Source: Gammaproteobacteria bacterium (GTDB taxonomy: Bacteria > Pseudomonadota > Gammaproteobacteria > Eutrophobiales > Eutrophobiaceae). From it: DNA of 64,000 bases. The DNA is taken from the NCBI GenBank assembly GCA_963422205.2, contig CAXMWX010000012.1, forward strand, positions 32,001 to 96,000, given 5' to 3'. The first letter of the stretch is position 1. Each line of letters begins with the position of its first letter. Below are positions 54,104-63,509 of the stretch, piece after piece. A program made the position numbers and the translations under genes. A model generated the notes under the pieces. The model was not told the origin of the DNA, made no database searches, and worked only from the letters and a program-made list of their open reading frames with translations.

Positions 54104-55303
54104 ATGACAGACAACACAGCAACAGCCATTCTTGATGGTATTCGTGTACTGGATTTCGGTCGCTATGTCGCTGGCCCCTACTGTGCGACCTTGCTGGGGT
54201 ATCTGGGCGCCGATGTGATCAGAATCGAAAAACGTGATGGTGGCGAGGATCGCTATATTGCCCCGGTAACGGCAGCCGGTGAAGGCAGTGTGTTTTTGCA
54301 AGTATCCTGCAATAAACGCTCGCTGGCATTAAATCCCAAAAGCGAGCCGGGCCGGGAGATCATCAAACGCCTGATCAAAACAGCGGATGTCATCGTTGCT
54401 AATCTACCACCACAAATCCTGCAATCACTTGGCCTCGACTATGAGACCGTGAGCGAAATAAAAAACGACATCATTCTGACCACCCAAACCGCATTCGGGA
54501 GCCGCGGCCCGTGGGCTGATAGAGGCGGCTTTGATGGTGTTGCCCAGGCCATGTCTGGTGCAGCATACATGACCGGTACAGCAACGCAGCCGGTAAAAGC
54601 GGCAACACCTTATGTGGATTACAACACGGCCGTGATGTCGGCCTTTGGCACACTGGCCGCATTATATGCAAGAGAGCAAACCGGTAAAGGCCAGCATGTG
54701 CAAGCGACTTTATTAGGCACCGCCCTGGCGGCGTTTAATTCACACCTTATTGAACAAGCTGTAACCGGCCCGGATCGGCAGCCGAGCGGTAATCGTGTGC
54801 AGACCTCGGCGCCCTCTGATGTGTTTTCCACCCGTGATGGTTTCATTCTTACACATGTTGTCGGTAATAATTTATTCAGGCGATGTGCAGAACTCATCGG
54901 CGCCGAAGAATGGCTTGACGATGCGAGATTACAGGCTGATCAGGGGCGTGGTGATCACAGAGACGAACTCTGCGAGCGTATGGGTCAGTGGTGCAAACAA
55001 CACACAACCGGACAGGCGCTGGAAAAATTAGCCGCCGCCGGTGTGCCAGCCGGCCCGGTGTTGAACCTGCAACAGGCCATGGACCACCCGCAGATCATCG
55101 CCACACAGTTACTGAAAGGTATTGATTACCCCGGCCTGAAAAAACCCGCCCCTGTTGCCGATTTACCCATCACCTTGTCAGAGTCAGGTGGCGGTATTCA
55201 ATCGCGCCCGCCGACCCTGGGTGAACATAACGATGAGATACTGCAAGCATTAGGTTACAGCACGGAAGAGATAGTACAGTTGAAAAACGATCAGATCATA
55301 TAA
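54104..55303 (+). CDS. CaiB/BaiF family (class III) CoA transferase
   Basis: LDGIRVLD, AGPYC, GADVIRIE, NKRSL, PTLGEHN. Confidence 0.93.
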   Translation: MTDNTATAILDGIRVLDFGRYVAGPYCATLLGYLGADVIRIEKRDGGEDRYIAPVTAAGEGSVFLQVSCNKRSLALNPKSEPGREIIKRLIKTADVIVANLPPQILQSLGLDYETVSEIKNDIILTTQTAFGSRGPWADRGGFDGVAQAMSGAAYMTGTATQPVKAATPYVDYNTAVMSAFGTLAALYAREQTGKGQHVQATLLGTALAAFNSHLIEQAVTGPDRQPSGNRVQTSAPSDVFSTRDGFILTHVVGNNLFRRCAELIGAEEWLDDARLQADQGRGDHRDELCERMGQWCKQHTTGQALEKLAAAGVPAGPVLNLQQAMDHPQIIATQLLKGIDYPGLKKPAPVADLPITLSESGGGIQSRPPTLGEHNDEILQALGYSTEEIVQLKNDQII

Positions 55304-55422
55304 GCCGGAGAAGTCGCAGGGTTAGCGCATAAGACAGCACCGGACGGATACCAACTGACAGGGGCAGCTGCCAGCGTCATGACAGATCACTGCCTTGAAA
55401 CCGTTGATAGAAAACAATGCAA

Positions 55423-56346
55423 TCAGGCCAGACTAATGCGGTAACCCGCACGGGGAAAATGCACATTCACCTCACCCGCCCTATCGTCTGTGCGGCGGAT
55501 GCTGATCTCCCTGCGGTTCAGTGTAATCAACCGGCCTGTTACCGGCACTTTGCCGTAATCATCAGGTTCAACAACCACTGTATCACCCGCTTTAACATCA
55601 AGCGGATCTCCCGGCGCACTGCCTTTGCCTTCAGCGACAGCCGTCTGGCGCGCAATCGTCAATGCCTGCTCTGCTGCCATATCAATCCGGTCACCATGAC
55701 CCACGGTGGCCATACGCTGCTCCCATGCCTTCATGTTGGTGTACGGAGTCAGGTAGTCATTGACCGGTACAACGTTATTGCACACCATCCAGACCACAAA
55801 GTAAGCATGGATATCGGCCAGCCCCGGCGCACTGCCAAACAAAAAATCACGTCCATCGGCCAGTTGCTCTTCAAGTAATTCAACATGGGCGAGTAACTGA
55901 GAATACAGGTGCGGGACATCCTCATCCAGCCGGTCGAAATCCATAAAATTAAAAAACGCTTTTCTGTCTTTCAGTACCGGTTCAGGGATCTCTTTGTTCA
56001 CGCTCATGGACAAACCAGCACCCGGCTGAAAGAAATTGCTGTCACTCCAGTAACCCAGCGCCCTGGCCATGCCGCTGTTGGCGGTCGGAAATAAACTGGG
56101 GCTGGGAAACCGCTCCTCCAGTTCCTGTGCTATGCGGTGCGTGTCACAGTAGATCTCGGCACCGCATTGCAATACCGGTGTTTTGCGATAACCGCCGGTC
56201 AAGGCCGTTAAGTCCGGTTTGGGCATGACCATCGGGATCTGCACGGAATACCAGTTTAATCCCTTTAATCCCATGATTAATCTGGCTTTTTCTGCAAAAG
56301 GCGAGCGGTCGAAATGGTGCAGGATCAACTCTGTCATGGATTGCAA
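55423..56346 (-). CDS. Glutathione S-transferase family protein
   Basis: SPFAEKAR, MPKPDLTALTGGYRKTPVLQ, CDT, VHFPR. Confidence 0.88.
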   Translation of the reverse strand: MQSMTELILHHFDRSPFAEKARLIMGLKGLNWYSVQIPMVMPKPDLTALTGGYRKTPVLQCGAEIYCDTHRIAQELEERFPSPSLFPTANSGMARALGYWSDSNFFQPGAGLSMSVNKEIPEPVLKDRKAFFNFMDFDRLDEDVPHLYSQLLAHVELLEEQLADGRDFLFGSAPGLADIHAYFVVWMVCNNVVPVNDYLTPYTNMKAWEQRMATVGHGDRIDMAAEQALTIARQTAVAEGKGSAPGDPLDVKAGDTVVVEPDDYGKVPVTGRLITLNRREISIRRTDDRAGEVNVHFPRAGYRISLA

Positions 56347-56393
56347 GCTCTTGGCTTTGATAATCGCTGGATTATGGACTCACTAGGATAAAA

Positions 56394-56437
56394 AAACAAT
56401 CACGCCTGCTTGTTTTTATCCTGAACCCGTCTATAAT
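56394..56437. promoter_or_regulatory. Putative operator copy 3 overlapping a sigma70-like promoter
   Basis: AAACAATCACGCCTGCTT (14/18) nested in the AGGATAAAA..TTTTATCCT inverted repeat; TTGTTT(56410)-16-TATAAT(56432). Confidence 0.6.
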
Positions 56438-56464
56438 AGCTTAAATTTTTCAGAATATTATCCT

Positions 56465-57688
56465 ATGGAAATCGCCTTCATAAACAAGTTAAAAGCCGGT
56501 ATGGATTATGAGCGCAATCGTCAAACACCCCCTGAAGGTTTCCCGGCCCTGCCCGCCATTCCCGCTGGCCGCTATACCGACCCTGAATTCCTGGTGCTGG
56601 AAGATAAATACCTGTGGAAAAAATCCTGGCTGTACGCCTGCCATATAGATCAATTACCCGAGCCCGGCAGTTTCATTCTATGGAAAAAAACCGGCTCACC
56701 TGTGCTGATTATACGGGATAACAACGATCAACTCCGGGCCTTTTATAATACCTGCCAGCACCGAGGCGGCCCCATTGTCAAAACCGACAGCGGCACTGTT
56801 GGCGAGCGCATGACGTGCGGTTATCACGGCTGGACTTACAACCGCCAGGGCAGCCTGGTAGCACTGCGTGATAAACGTGATTTTCCTGATTTTGACATGG
56901 CGTGTTACAGCCTGGTAAAAATACCCTGTGATCGTATCGGCAACTGGGTATTTATTAATGAAGATCCCGATGCCGAACCCTTGCACGATCATTTCCAACC
57001 GATGACTGGACAAATCGCGCAGTTCCAGCCGGAGAATCTCCGTCATATCAACACGCGCAGTTATGATGTGGCCTGTAACATTAAAGTGATGATGGATGCG
57101 TTTCTTGAGGTTTATCACCTGGCCTCTATCCATCAGAATACCGTTGATCGTTTTCTCGATCATCGCGGCACGACCATCAATCTCTGGCCCAAAGGCCACT
57201 CGCTCATGACCACACCCAACCGGCGTGCAGACTGGATAGACCCCGGCACCATAGGCATGAAGGCGATCCCCACAGTCACGGAGATCCCGGCAAAGAACAA
57301 TATCTCCTATAACTTCTTCCCGAACCTGGTCTCACCCATGGCACCAACGGGCATGTCTTTCCTCACGTTCTGGTCTACCGGCCCGGCCAGTATGCAGATC
57401 GACTGTCACTGGTTTGCCCCGGAGGCAGAAACAGCCGAACAGCAAGCCCTCTGGCAAACGCGCATTGATAACTTTGAGCGCATTCTCTACGAGGACACAC
57501 AGTTCGCCCCGCAGATACAGCGATCACTGGAATCCCCCGGCTTCAAAGGCGTTCACCCCTGTTATCAGGAGCGCCGAATCTACCACTGGCATGAGGAGCT
57601 CGATCGGCGCATCGGCCAGGATAATATCCCCCGACACTTGCAGATCAAGCCCATGCTGGCACCGTATCTTGAACCACCAGCCGATTAA
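56465..57688 (+). CDS. Rieske non-heme iron oxygenase alpha subunit (2)
   Basis: CQH...CGYH; DAFLEVYHLASIH; ED. Confidence 0.93.
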   Translation: MEIAFINKLKAGMDYERNRQTPPEGFPALPAIPAGRYTDPEFLVLEDKYLWKKSWLYACHIDQLPEPGSFILWKKTGSPVLIIRDNNDQLRAFYNTCQHRGGPIVKTDSGTVGERMTCGYHGWTYNRQGSLVALRDKRDFPDFDMACYSLVKIPCDRIGNWVFINEDPDAEPLHDHFQPMTGQIAQFQPENLRHINTRSYDVACNIKVMMDAFLEVYHLASIHQNTVDRFLDHRGTTINLWPKGHSLMTTPNRRADWIDPGTIGMKAIPTVTEIPAKNNISYNFFPNLVSPMAPTGMSFLTFWSTGPASMQIDCHWFAPEAETAEQQALWQTRIDNFERILYEDTQFAPQIQRSLESPGFKGVHPCYQERRIYHWHEELDRRIGQDNIPRHLQIKPMLAPYLEPPAD

Positions 57689-57692
57689 GGCC

Positions 57693-59147
57693 ATGCAGAA
57701 CGCGACAGGCATTGTGTCATACAGCCGTTATGTGCCGACGCTTCGTATGCAGCGCAGCGCAATAGCCGCCGCGATTGGCTGGGCAGCGCCCGGCCTTAAA
57801 ACGCTGGCCAGAGGCAGACGTGCCGTGGCCAACTGGGATGAAGATGCGATTACCATGGCGGTGGAGGCCGGACGTCAGTGCCTGCATGGACAGGCGCGCG
57901 ATCATGTCGCTGCCGTGACGCTTGCCAGCACCACCTTCCCGTTTGCCGACCGCAGCAACAGCGGCATCGTGGTGGACGCACTGAACTTAAAGGCAGACGT
58001 CAGTAATGACGATGCAGGTGGCAGCCGCCGCGCCGCCAGCTCGGCCTTGATACGGACACTGAACCAGCAACCAACCGCATCGAGCAGCTTGCTTCTGGCC
58101 AGCGATTGCCGGGAAGCCAGGCCCGGCAGTACGCAGGAGATGCGTTATGGTCATGCTGCCGCCGCCCTGTTGTTAGGCAGAACGGACCCGATTGCCATAC
58201 CGGTAGCCAGCACCTCCCTGCATCGTGATCTGGTCGATCAATTCAGGAGCCAGGCAACCGGCTATGACTATGCCCTGGAACAACGCTGGGTGCGGGATGA
58301 AGGGTATATGAAGATCGTGCCCGAGGCGGTGCAGGAGGTGTTATCAAAGAGCGGCTGTCAACCCGGCGATATCCATCACTTCGCCCTGGCAGGTCCAGCC
58401 GCCATCGCCACGGCATTAATCAGAGAACTACAACTGACTAACGCCGATATTGTCGACCCGCTGCATGATGATGTGGGTGACTCTGGCGTGGCTCAACCGA
58501 TCATGCTGCTGGGCAAAGCCCTGGCACAGGCCGAACCGGGACAGAATATTCTCCTGGCCGGTTTCGGCCAGGGGGCGGATGCACTGATATTCACAACCAC
58601 CGATAAGATCAGGCAGACAAAGGCCAGGGACATCTTTCAGCAGAGCATCACACAGGCACGCGATGAGCATAATTACCTGCGTTATCTTGTGCTGCGGCAA
58701 CGGCTGCGGCTGGATTACGGCATCCGGGCCGAGCGGGATAACCGCACCGCCCTGTCCGCACTGTATCGCCGATGCGATGCGATCAGCCGTTTTAGCGGCG
58801 GCCGCTGCCAGCGCTGCGGCATGTTGCAGTTCCCTCGAAGTGCCGTGTGTGTGCGCTGCCATGAGGCAGAGACCCAACAGCCGGAATCACTGGCCGAACT
58901 TAACGGCAGGGTAAAATCGTTTACCGAAGATTGGCAGGCGCATACGCCCTGCCCGCCGCTCATCTATGGCAATGTCACTTTTCCCGACGGTGCCAACGTG
59001 ATGATGGAGTTTACCGATTTTGCCGCTGGCGAACTGGCAGTCGATCAAGAGGTACGCATGGTTTTTCGCATCAAGGATTATGATGAGAGGCGCGGCTTTC
59101 GCCGTTACTTCTGGAAATCCGCACCCGTGGCAGGCACAGATGGTTAG
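57693..59147 (+). CDS. HMG-CoA-synthase-like domain fused to a Zn-ribbon/OB-fold (DUF35) domain
   Basis: YVPTLR, WDEDAITMAVEA, GFGQGADA; C-terminal CQRC..FP..CVRC and VRMVFRIK..RYFWK. Confidence 0.85.
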   Translation: MQNATGIVSYSRYVPTLRMQRSAIAAAIGWAAPGLKTLARGRRAVANWDEDAITMAVEAGRQCLHGQARDHVAAVTLASTTFPFADRSNSGIVVDALNLKADVSNDDAGGSRRAASSALIRTLNQQPTASSSLLLASDCREARPGSTQEMRYGHAAAALLLGRTDPIAIPVASTSLHRDLVDQFRSQATGYDYALEQRWVRDEGYMKIVPEAVQEVLSKSGCQPGDIHHFALAGPAAIATALIRELQLTNADIVDPLHDDVGDSGVAQPIMLLGKALAQAEPGQNILLAGFGQGADALIFTTTDKIRQTKARDIFQQSITQARDEHNYLRYLVLRQRLRLDYGIRAERDNRTALSALYRRCDAISRFSGGRCQRCGMLQFPRSAVCVRCHEAETQQPESLAELNGRVKSFTEDWQAHTPCPPLIYGNVTFPDGANVMMEFTDFAAGELAVDQEVRMVFRIKDYDERRGFRRYFWKSAPVAGTDG

Positions 59148-60342
59148 CGGTATAAGAGACAAGGTCGCCATCATTGGCATGGGGTGTTCTCGCTTCGGTG
59201 AGCGCTGGGACTGCGGTCATGAGGAACTGATACTGGAAGCCTTCACCGAGGCCATCGCTGATGCGGCCATTGCACGAGAGGACATTGAGGCGGCCTGGTT
59301 AGGGGTTTTCTTCCAGGAGCAGAATACGGGCAAATCCGCCCTGCCCCTCAGCCAGACCCTGCGGCTGCCCAACATCCCGGTTACCCGCGTGGAGAACCTG
59401 TGCGCCACAGGCACCGAAGCGCTGCGGGGTGCGGTCTATGCCGTGGCCGCCGGCGCCTGTGATACCGCCCTCGCCCTGGGCGTGGAAAAACTCAAAGACA
59501 CCGGCTATGCCGGCCTGCCGGAGCGCAGCAAAGGCACGTTTGAAGACCTCTGGCTGCCTAACAGCACCGCACCCGGCGCATTTGCCCAACTGGCCGGCGC
59601 CTATGCCGCCAAACACAAACAGAGCATGGCTGACGTTAAACAGGCCATGGCGCATATCTCGGTGAAAAGCCATGCGAATGGTTTGAAGAACACAAAAGCC
59701 CACCTGCAACACGCCATCACCGAAGAGCAGGTCTTAAACGCACCGGTGATCGCTTACCCCTTAGGGCTGTATGACTGCTGTGGCGTCAGCGATGGGGCCG
59801 CCTGCGCCATTGTCACATCAGTGGCAAAGGCCCGGGCGATGGGCTTAAAAGATGTTGTCGCCGTCAAGGCCATGCAACTGGCAGCGGGCAACGGTTATGA
59901 GATGTCAGACAGCCGCTGGGATGGCAGTTATACCCCTACCACCCGGCTGGCGGCACAACGTGCATACGAAGAAGCTGGCATCAAGACCCCCAGAGAAGCA
60001 TTGGACCTGGTTGAAGTGCATGATTGTTTCTCCATCACCGAGCTGGTAATCATGGAGGATTTATTGTTATCTGCACCCGGCCGGGGGATAGCGGATGTGC
60101 TGGATGGGGCCTACGATGCCGATGGCGTGCTGCCCTGCCAGATCGATGGCGGCCTGAAATGCTTCGGCCACCCTATCGGCGCCAGCGGCCTGCGTATGGC
60201 TTATGAAGTCTATTTGCAGCTACAGGGCCGGGCGGCAGAGCGCCAGCTGGCCAGCCCGACGATGGGATTAACGCATAACCTGGGCGGCGTACCAGCACGC
60301 AACGTGGCGAGCGTATCGGTATTCGGGCGGCTTGCCGCCTGA
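59140..60342 (+). CDS. Thiolase-family acetyl-CoA acetyltransferase (SCP-x/PhlC/BbsB-like)
   Basis: VENLCATG, DCCGVSDGAA, EVHDCFS, GHPIGASG, HNLGG; overlaps the upstream stop. Confidence 0.9.
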   Translation: MVSGIRDKVAIIGMGCSRFGERWDCGHEELILEAFTEAIADAAIAREDIEAAWLGVFFQEQNTGKSALPLSQTLRLPNIPVTRVENLCATGTEALRGAVYAVAAGACDTALALGVEKLKDTGYAGLPERSKGTFEDLWLPNSTAPGAFAQLAGAYAAKHKQSMADVKQAMAHISVKSHANGLKNTKAHLQHAITEEQVLNAPVIAYPLGLYDCCGVSDGAACAIVTSVAKARAMGLKDVVAVKAMQLAAGNGYEMSDSRWDGSYTPTTRLAAQRAYEEAGIKTPREALDLVEVHDCFSITELVIMEDLLLSAPGRGIADVLDGAYDADGVLPCQIDGGLKCFGHPIGASGLRMAYEVYLQLQGRAAERQLASPTMGLTHNLGGVPARNVASVSVFGRLAA

Positions 60343-60366
60343 GCGCATGGCGTCCTGGCCTTGAAC

Positions 60367-61299
60367 ATGCAAAGCCCCGTCAACAGGAGACAATCGACTG
60401 ATGCCCTGCCCGGCACAGCCAGCGAGTTGAACGAGCAGACGGCGGACAGACGCTGGGGCATGACCGATGAGGAGCTGGCAAGCTATCCTGTCATCTTCAG
60501 GCAGGACCTGCTGCAGGGCCAGGTCGTTCTTATCTCCGGTGGCGGCAGTGGCCTTGGCCGGGCGATGGCGTTTCTGTGTGTACGCCTCGGCGCCGAGGTG
60601 ATGATTTGCGGCCGCACGGAAGAGAAGCTGATCTCCGCCCACGATGCCATCAAGCGGTATCTGCACAAGGATATCGGCTATCAGGCCATGACGATTCGCC
60701 ACCCGGAGCAGGTCGCCAGCCTGATCGAGAAGACATGGCAGCGATACAGCAAGCTGGATCTGCTGATCAACAACGCTGGCGGCCAATACCCGCAGGCGGC
60801 CATCGATTTTACCCACAAGGGCTGGCATGCGGTGATCGACACCAATCTCAATGGCAGTTGGTACATGATGCAGACGGCGGCACGTTGGTGGCGGGATAAC
60901 AACCACCCCGGCAACATCGTCAATATCGTTGCCAATGTCGCTCGCGGGATGCCACAGGTCGCCCATACCTGTGCGGCACGTGCCGGCGTTGTTTATTTGA
61001 GCAAGACGCTGTCCACCGAGTGGGCGGCGCTGAATATTCGCGTGAATTGCGTCTCCCCCGGCTCTATCGCCAGCGATGGGCTGAATGTTTATCACCCGCA
61101 AGATGCAGAAAAATTCAAAGACAGCAACCCCATGCGTACGCTGGGCGATGCCTATGATATCGCCTCGGCCGTGGTCTATCTGGCCGCACCATCTGGCAAG
61201 TTCATCACCGGCGAGGTGTTGACCGTGGATGGCGGCAACCAGCAATGGGGACAGGTCTGGCCGGGCGGGGTTCCGGATGAGTTCAAGCTGACATATTAA
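60367..61299 (+). CDS. SDR (enoyl/dienoyl-CoA reductase-like)
   Basis: SGGGSGLG, NNAGGQY, HTCAARAG; start could be 60460. Confidence 0.85.
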   Translation: MQSPVNRRQSTDALPGTASELNEQTADRRWGMTDEELASYPVIFRQDLLQGQVVLISGGGSGLGRAMAFLCVRLGAEVMICGRTEEKLISAHDAIKRYLHKDIGYQAMTIRHPEQVASLIEKTWQRYSKLDLLINNAGGQYPQAAIDFTHKGWHAVIDTNLNGSWYMMQTAARWWRDNNHPGNIVNIVANVARGMPQVAHTCAARAGVVYLSKTLSTEWAALNIRVNCVSPGSIASDGLNVYHPQDAEKFKDSNPMRTLGDAYDIASAVVYLAAPSGKFITGEVLTVDGGNQQWGQVWPGGVPDEFKLTY

Positions 61300-61875
61300 A
61301 TGGAGGTAAACCTTATGACCGCAACACCGCTGCAACGCATCCCGCCAGAGCAACTGCCGCCGCCAGCATACAGGGCTTGGGAGCGGTTAAATGAACTGAC
61401 TGGCGAGCCGACATTCGTTGAGGTCTTCGCACAGGCGCCGGAGTTGCTGGACTTCATCATGCAACAGTTCTACGGCAGGATTTTTCTCACCGGTCGGGTG
61501 GCCGAGAAGTATAAACAACTGCTGCGCCTGTACCTGTCCCAGTTGCATGGTTGTCGCACCTGTAACAAGCAAAACCGGGCCGGCGCCCTGGCGGCGGGCC
61601 TGTCCGAAGAGCAGCTAAGCCGACTGGATGCCATTGATGATGGCCCGTTCAGCGATGCCGAGAAGGCCGTGCTGAGGCTCACTGAGCAGATGGCACTCAC
61701 CAATCACGGCGGCAAGCTGGATCAGGTACTGTACCAGCAGCTAAAGGCGCACTTTGATGATGCCGAAATCTGTGAGTTAGGCGTGGTCATGGCGATCATC
61801 AGCGGCCTGGCCAAGCTGTCATTCGTCATGGATCTGGTCGAGCGGGAGGACAACTGCCCGTTCGCCATCACTTAA
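61300..61875 (+). CDS. Carboxymuconolactone decarboxylase / AhpD-like protein
   Basis: HGCRTC CxxC, FSDAEKAVL, HFDDAEICEL; start may be 61315. Confidence 0.8.
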   Translation: MEVNLMTATPLQRIPPEQLPPPAYRAWERLNELTGEPTFVEVFAQAPELLDFIMQQFYGRIFLTGRVAEKYKQLLRLYLSQLHGCRTCNKQNRAGALAAGLSEEQLSRLDAIDDGPFSDAEKAVLRLTEQMALTNHGGKLDQVLYQQLKAHFDDAEICELGVVMAIISGLAKLSFVMDLVEREDNCPFAIT

Positions 61876-61900
61876 AAGCAAGCATAATAGCGAGGTAGAT

Positions 61901-63265
61901 ATGATGACGGACAATATCGTTGAGAGTTGGCAGATTGATCCCAACGCATCCAGTGAACACCTGGAGGGCAAGCAGCCTTATATTGACAACGGCACAGAGG
62001 TGCTTGACCCGATGCGTTATTACAGCGCCGGGTTTATGGCCCTGGAATGGGAGCGACTCTGGACCAGGGTTTGGCAGATTGCCGGCGTGGAGTCCGACCT
62101 GCCAGAGGCTGGCGATTATTTTCTCTACCGCATCCGTGGCGAGGAGATCATCATCGTTCGGCAGGACGATGCCAGCATCCGGGCGTTTTATAATGTCTGT
62201 GCACATCGGGGCAACCGGCTGGTATTCAACGATCAGGGCAGCCTGTCGTGCTTCACCTGTGCTTTTCATTCCTGGGAATACGGCCTTGACGGTCGGCTGA
62301 GAAAAATCACCGACCGGGAAACCTTCCGCCCTGAGACGCTCTGCCATCAGCCTGCCATGACTGAGGTGCGCTGTGCGATTAGGGCCGGCCTCATCTTCAT
62401 TAATCTGGATGAGCAAGCCCCCCCTCTGACCGAGCGGCTGGGCCTGCCGGATGGCTATCTGGAGCAATATGGTATCGATCAGATGATCGTGGTGCGTCAT
62501 GTCATCAGCGAGTGGGCGGCGAACTGGAAGACCGGCATCGATGCCTTCTATGAGACCTATCATCTGCATGCGGTACACCCGGAAACCCAGGGCATGATGG
62601 CGGACATCGGCACGCAATATGATCTCTATCCCAACGGGGCCAGCCGTATGATCGTACCCATCGGCGTCAAAAGCCCGCGGGTTGCAGACCAGGACAGCCT
62701 GGACGATGGCCTGTCACAGATGATGCAAAGCGAGGGCATGGATGTCGGTGCGTTTACCGGTAATGCGCGGCAGGTACGTGCGGCGATAGCCCGACACAAG
62801 CGTGAGCGCGCCAGGACGCTGGGGTTTGATTATGATCACTTCACCGATGCCCAACTGACCGATAGCTGGGCCACCGGAATCTTCCCCAATGTGCAAATCG
62901 GTATGCACCCGGAGGGCTGTTTTCTCATGCGCTTTAGGCCACATGCGACCGACCCGGCCAGGTTTCTCTACGACACCATGACCCTGTTTCGCCCCGCCGA
63001 CCGGGCTGACTACAAGGCACCGGACTGGATGGGCATTCCGGAGGGGACTGATCTCAGCGGGCAGAGTCGCCCGGATACCGAGTATGTCGCTCTGGGCGAG
63101 CCGGCCCGGCTTGGGCTGGTGCTGGACCAGGACGCCTTCCTGCTGCCTTATGTGCAGCAGGGCGTACAGTCCCGTGGTTTCAAGGGCGCCATCTGGGGCG
63201 AGCAGGAACAGCGCATAAGGCATTTTCATGCCGAGCTGGATCGCTACATCGACGCTGAAAAATAA
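61901..63265 (+). CDS. Rieske non-heme iron oxygenase alpha subunit (3)
   Basis: CAH...CAFH; NWK..DAFYETYHLHAVH; QD. Confidence 0.93.
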   Translation: MMTDNIVESWQIDPNASSEHLEGKQPYIDNGTEVLDPMRYYSAGFMALEWERLWTRVWQIAGVESDLPEAGDYFLYRIRGEEIIIVRQDDASIRAFYNVCAHRGNRLVFNDQGSLSCFTCAFHSWEYGLDGRLRKITDRETFRPETLCHQPAMTEVRCAIRAGLIFINLDEQAPPLTERLGLPDGYLEQYGIDQMIVVRHVISEWAANWKTGIDAFYETYHLHAVHPETQGMMADIGTQYDLYPNGASRMIVPIGVKSPRVADQDSLDDGLSQMMQSEGMDVGAFTGNARQVRAAIARHKRERARTLGFDYDHFTDAQLTDSWATGIFPNVQIGMHPEGCFLMRFRPHATDPARFLYDTMTLFRPADRADYKAPDWMGIPEGTDLSGQSRPDTEYVALGEPARLGLVLDQDAFLLPYVQQGVQSRGFKGAIWGEQEQRIRHFHAELDRYIDAEK

Positions 63266-63322
63266 CCTGCAACAGATTTTGTCGTTAAAAAGCAAGAGGG
63301 TATCGGTACTCGCTAAAATAAA

Positions 63323-63340
63323 AAACAGACATGATTGACT
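63323..63340. promoter_or_regulatory. Putative operator copy 4
   Basis: AAACAGACATGATTGACT (14/18), within AATAAAAA..TTTTTATT, upstream of the TBDR. Confidence 0.6.
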
Positions 63341-63509
63341 TTTTATTCAGTGTGACTATAGTAAGGCGACTAAAGAGATCAAGGCCCACGTTGCCAACAT
63401 GGGCATGACCGGCAATCTATGATCAGGTGGTGGATCATCATCCGGCAGCGTTGCAAAATGACAACGCAACAGACAGACATAACCCAAACATAAACCCAAG
63501 GGGATTGAC

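Noticed and set aside
55423-56346. GST as a lignin beta-etherase (LigE/LigF)
   Set aside because: Its motifs fit the widespread GGYRKTP GST subfamily; no LigE/F-specific evidence was seen.
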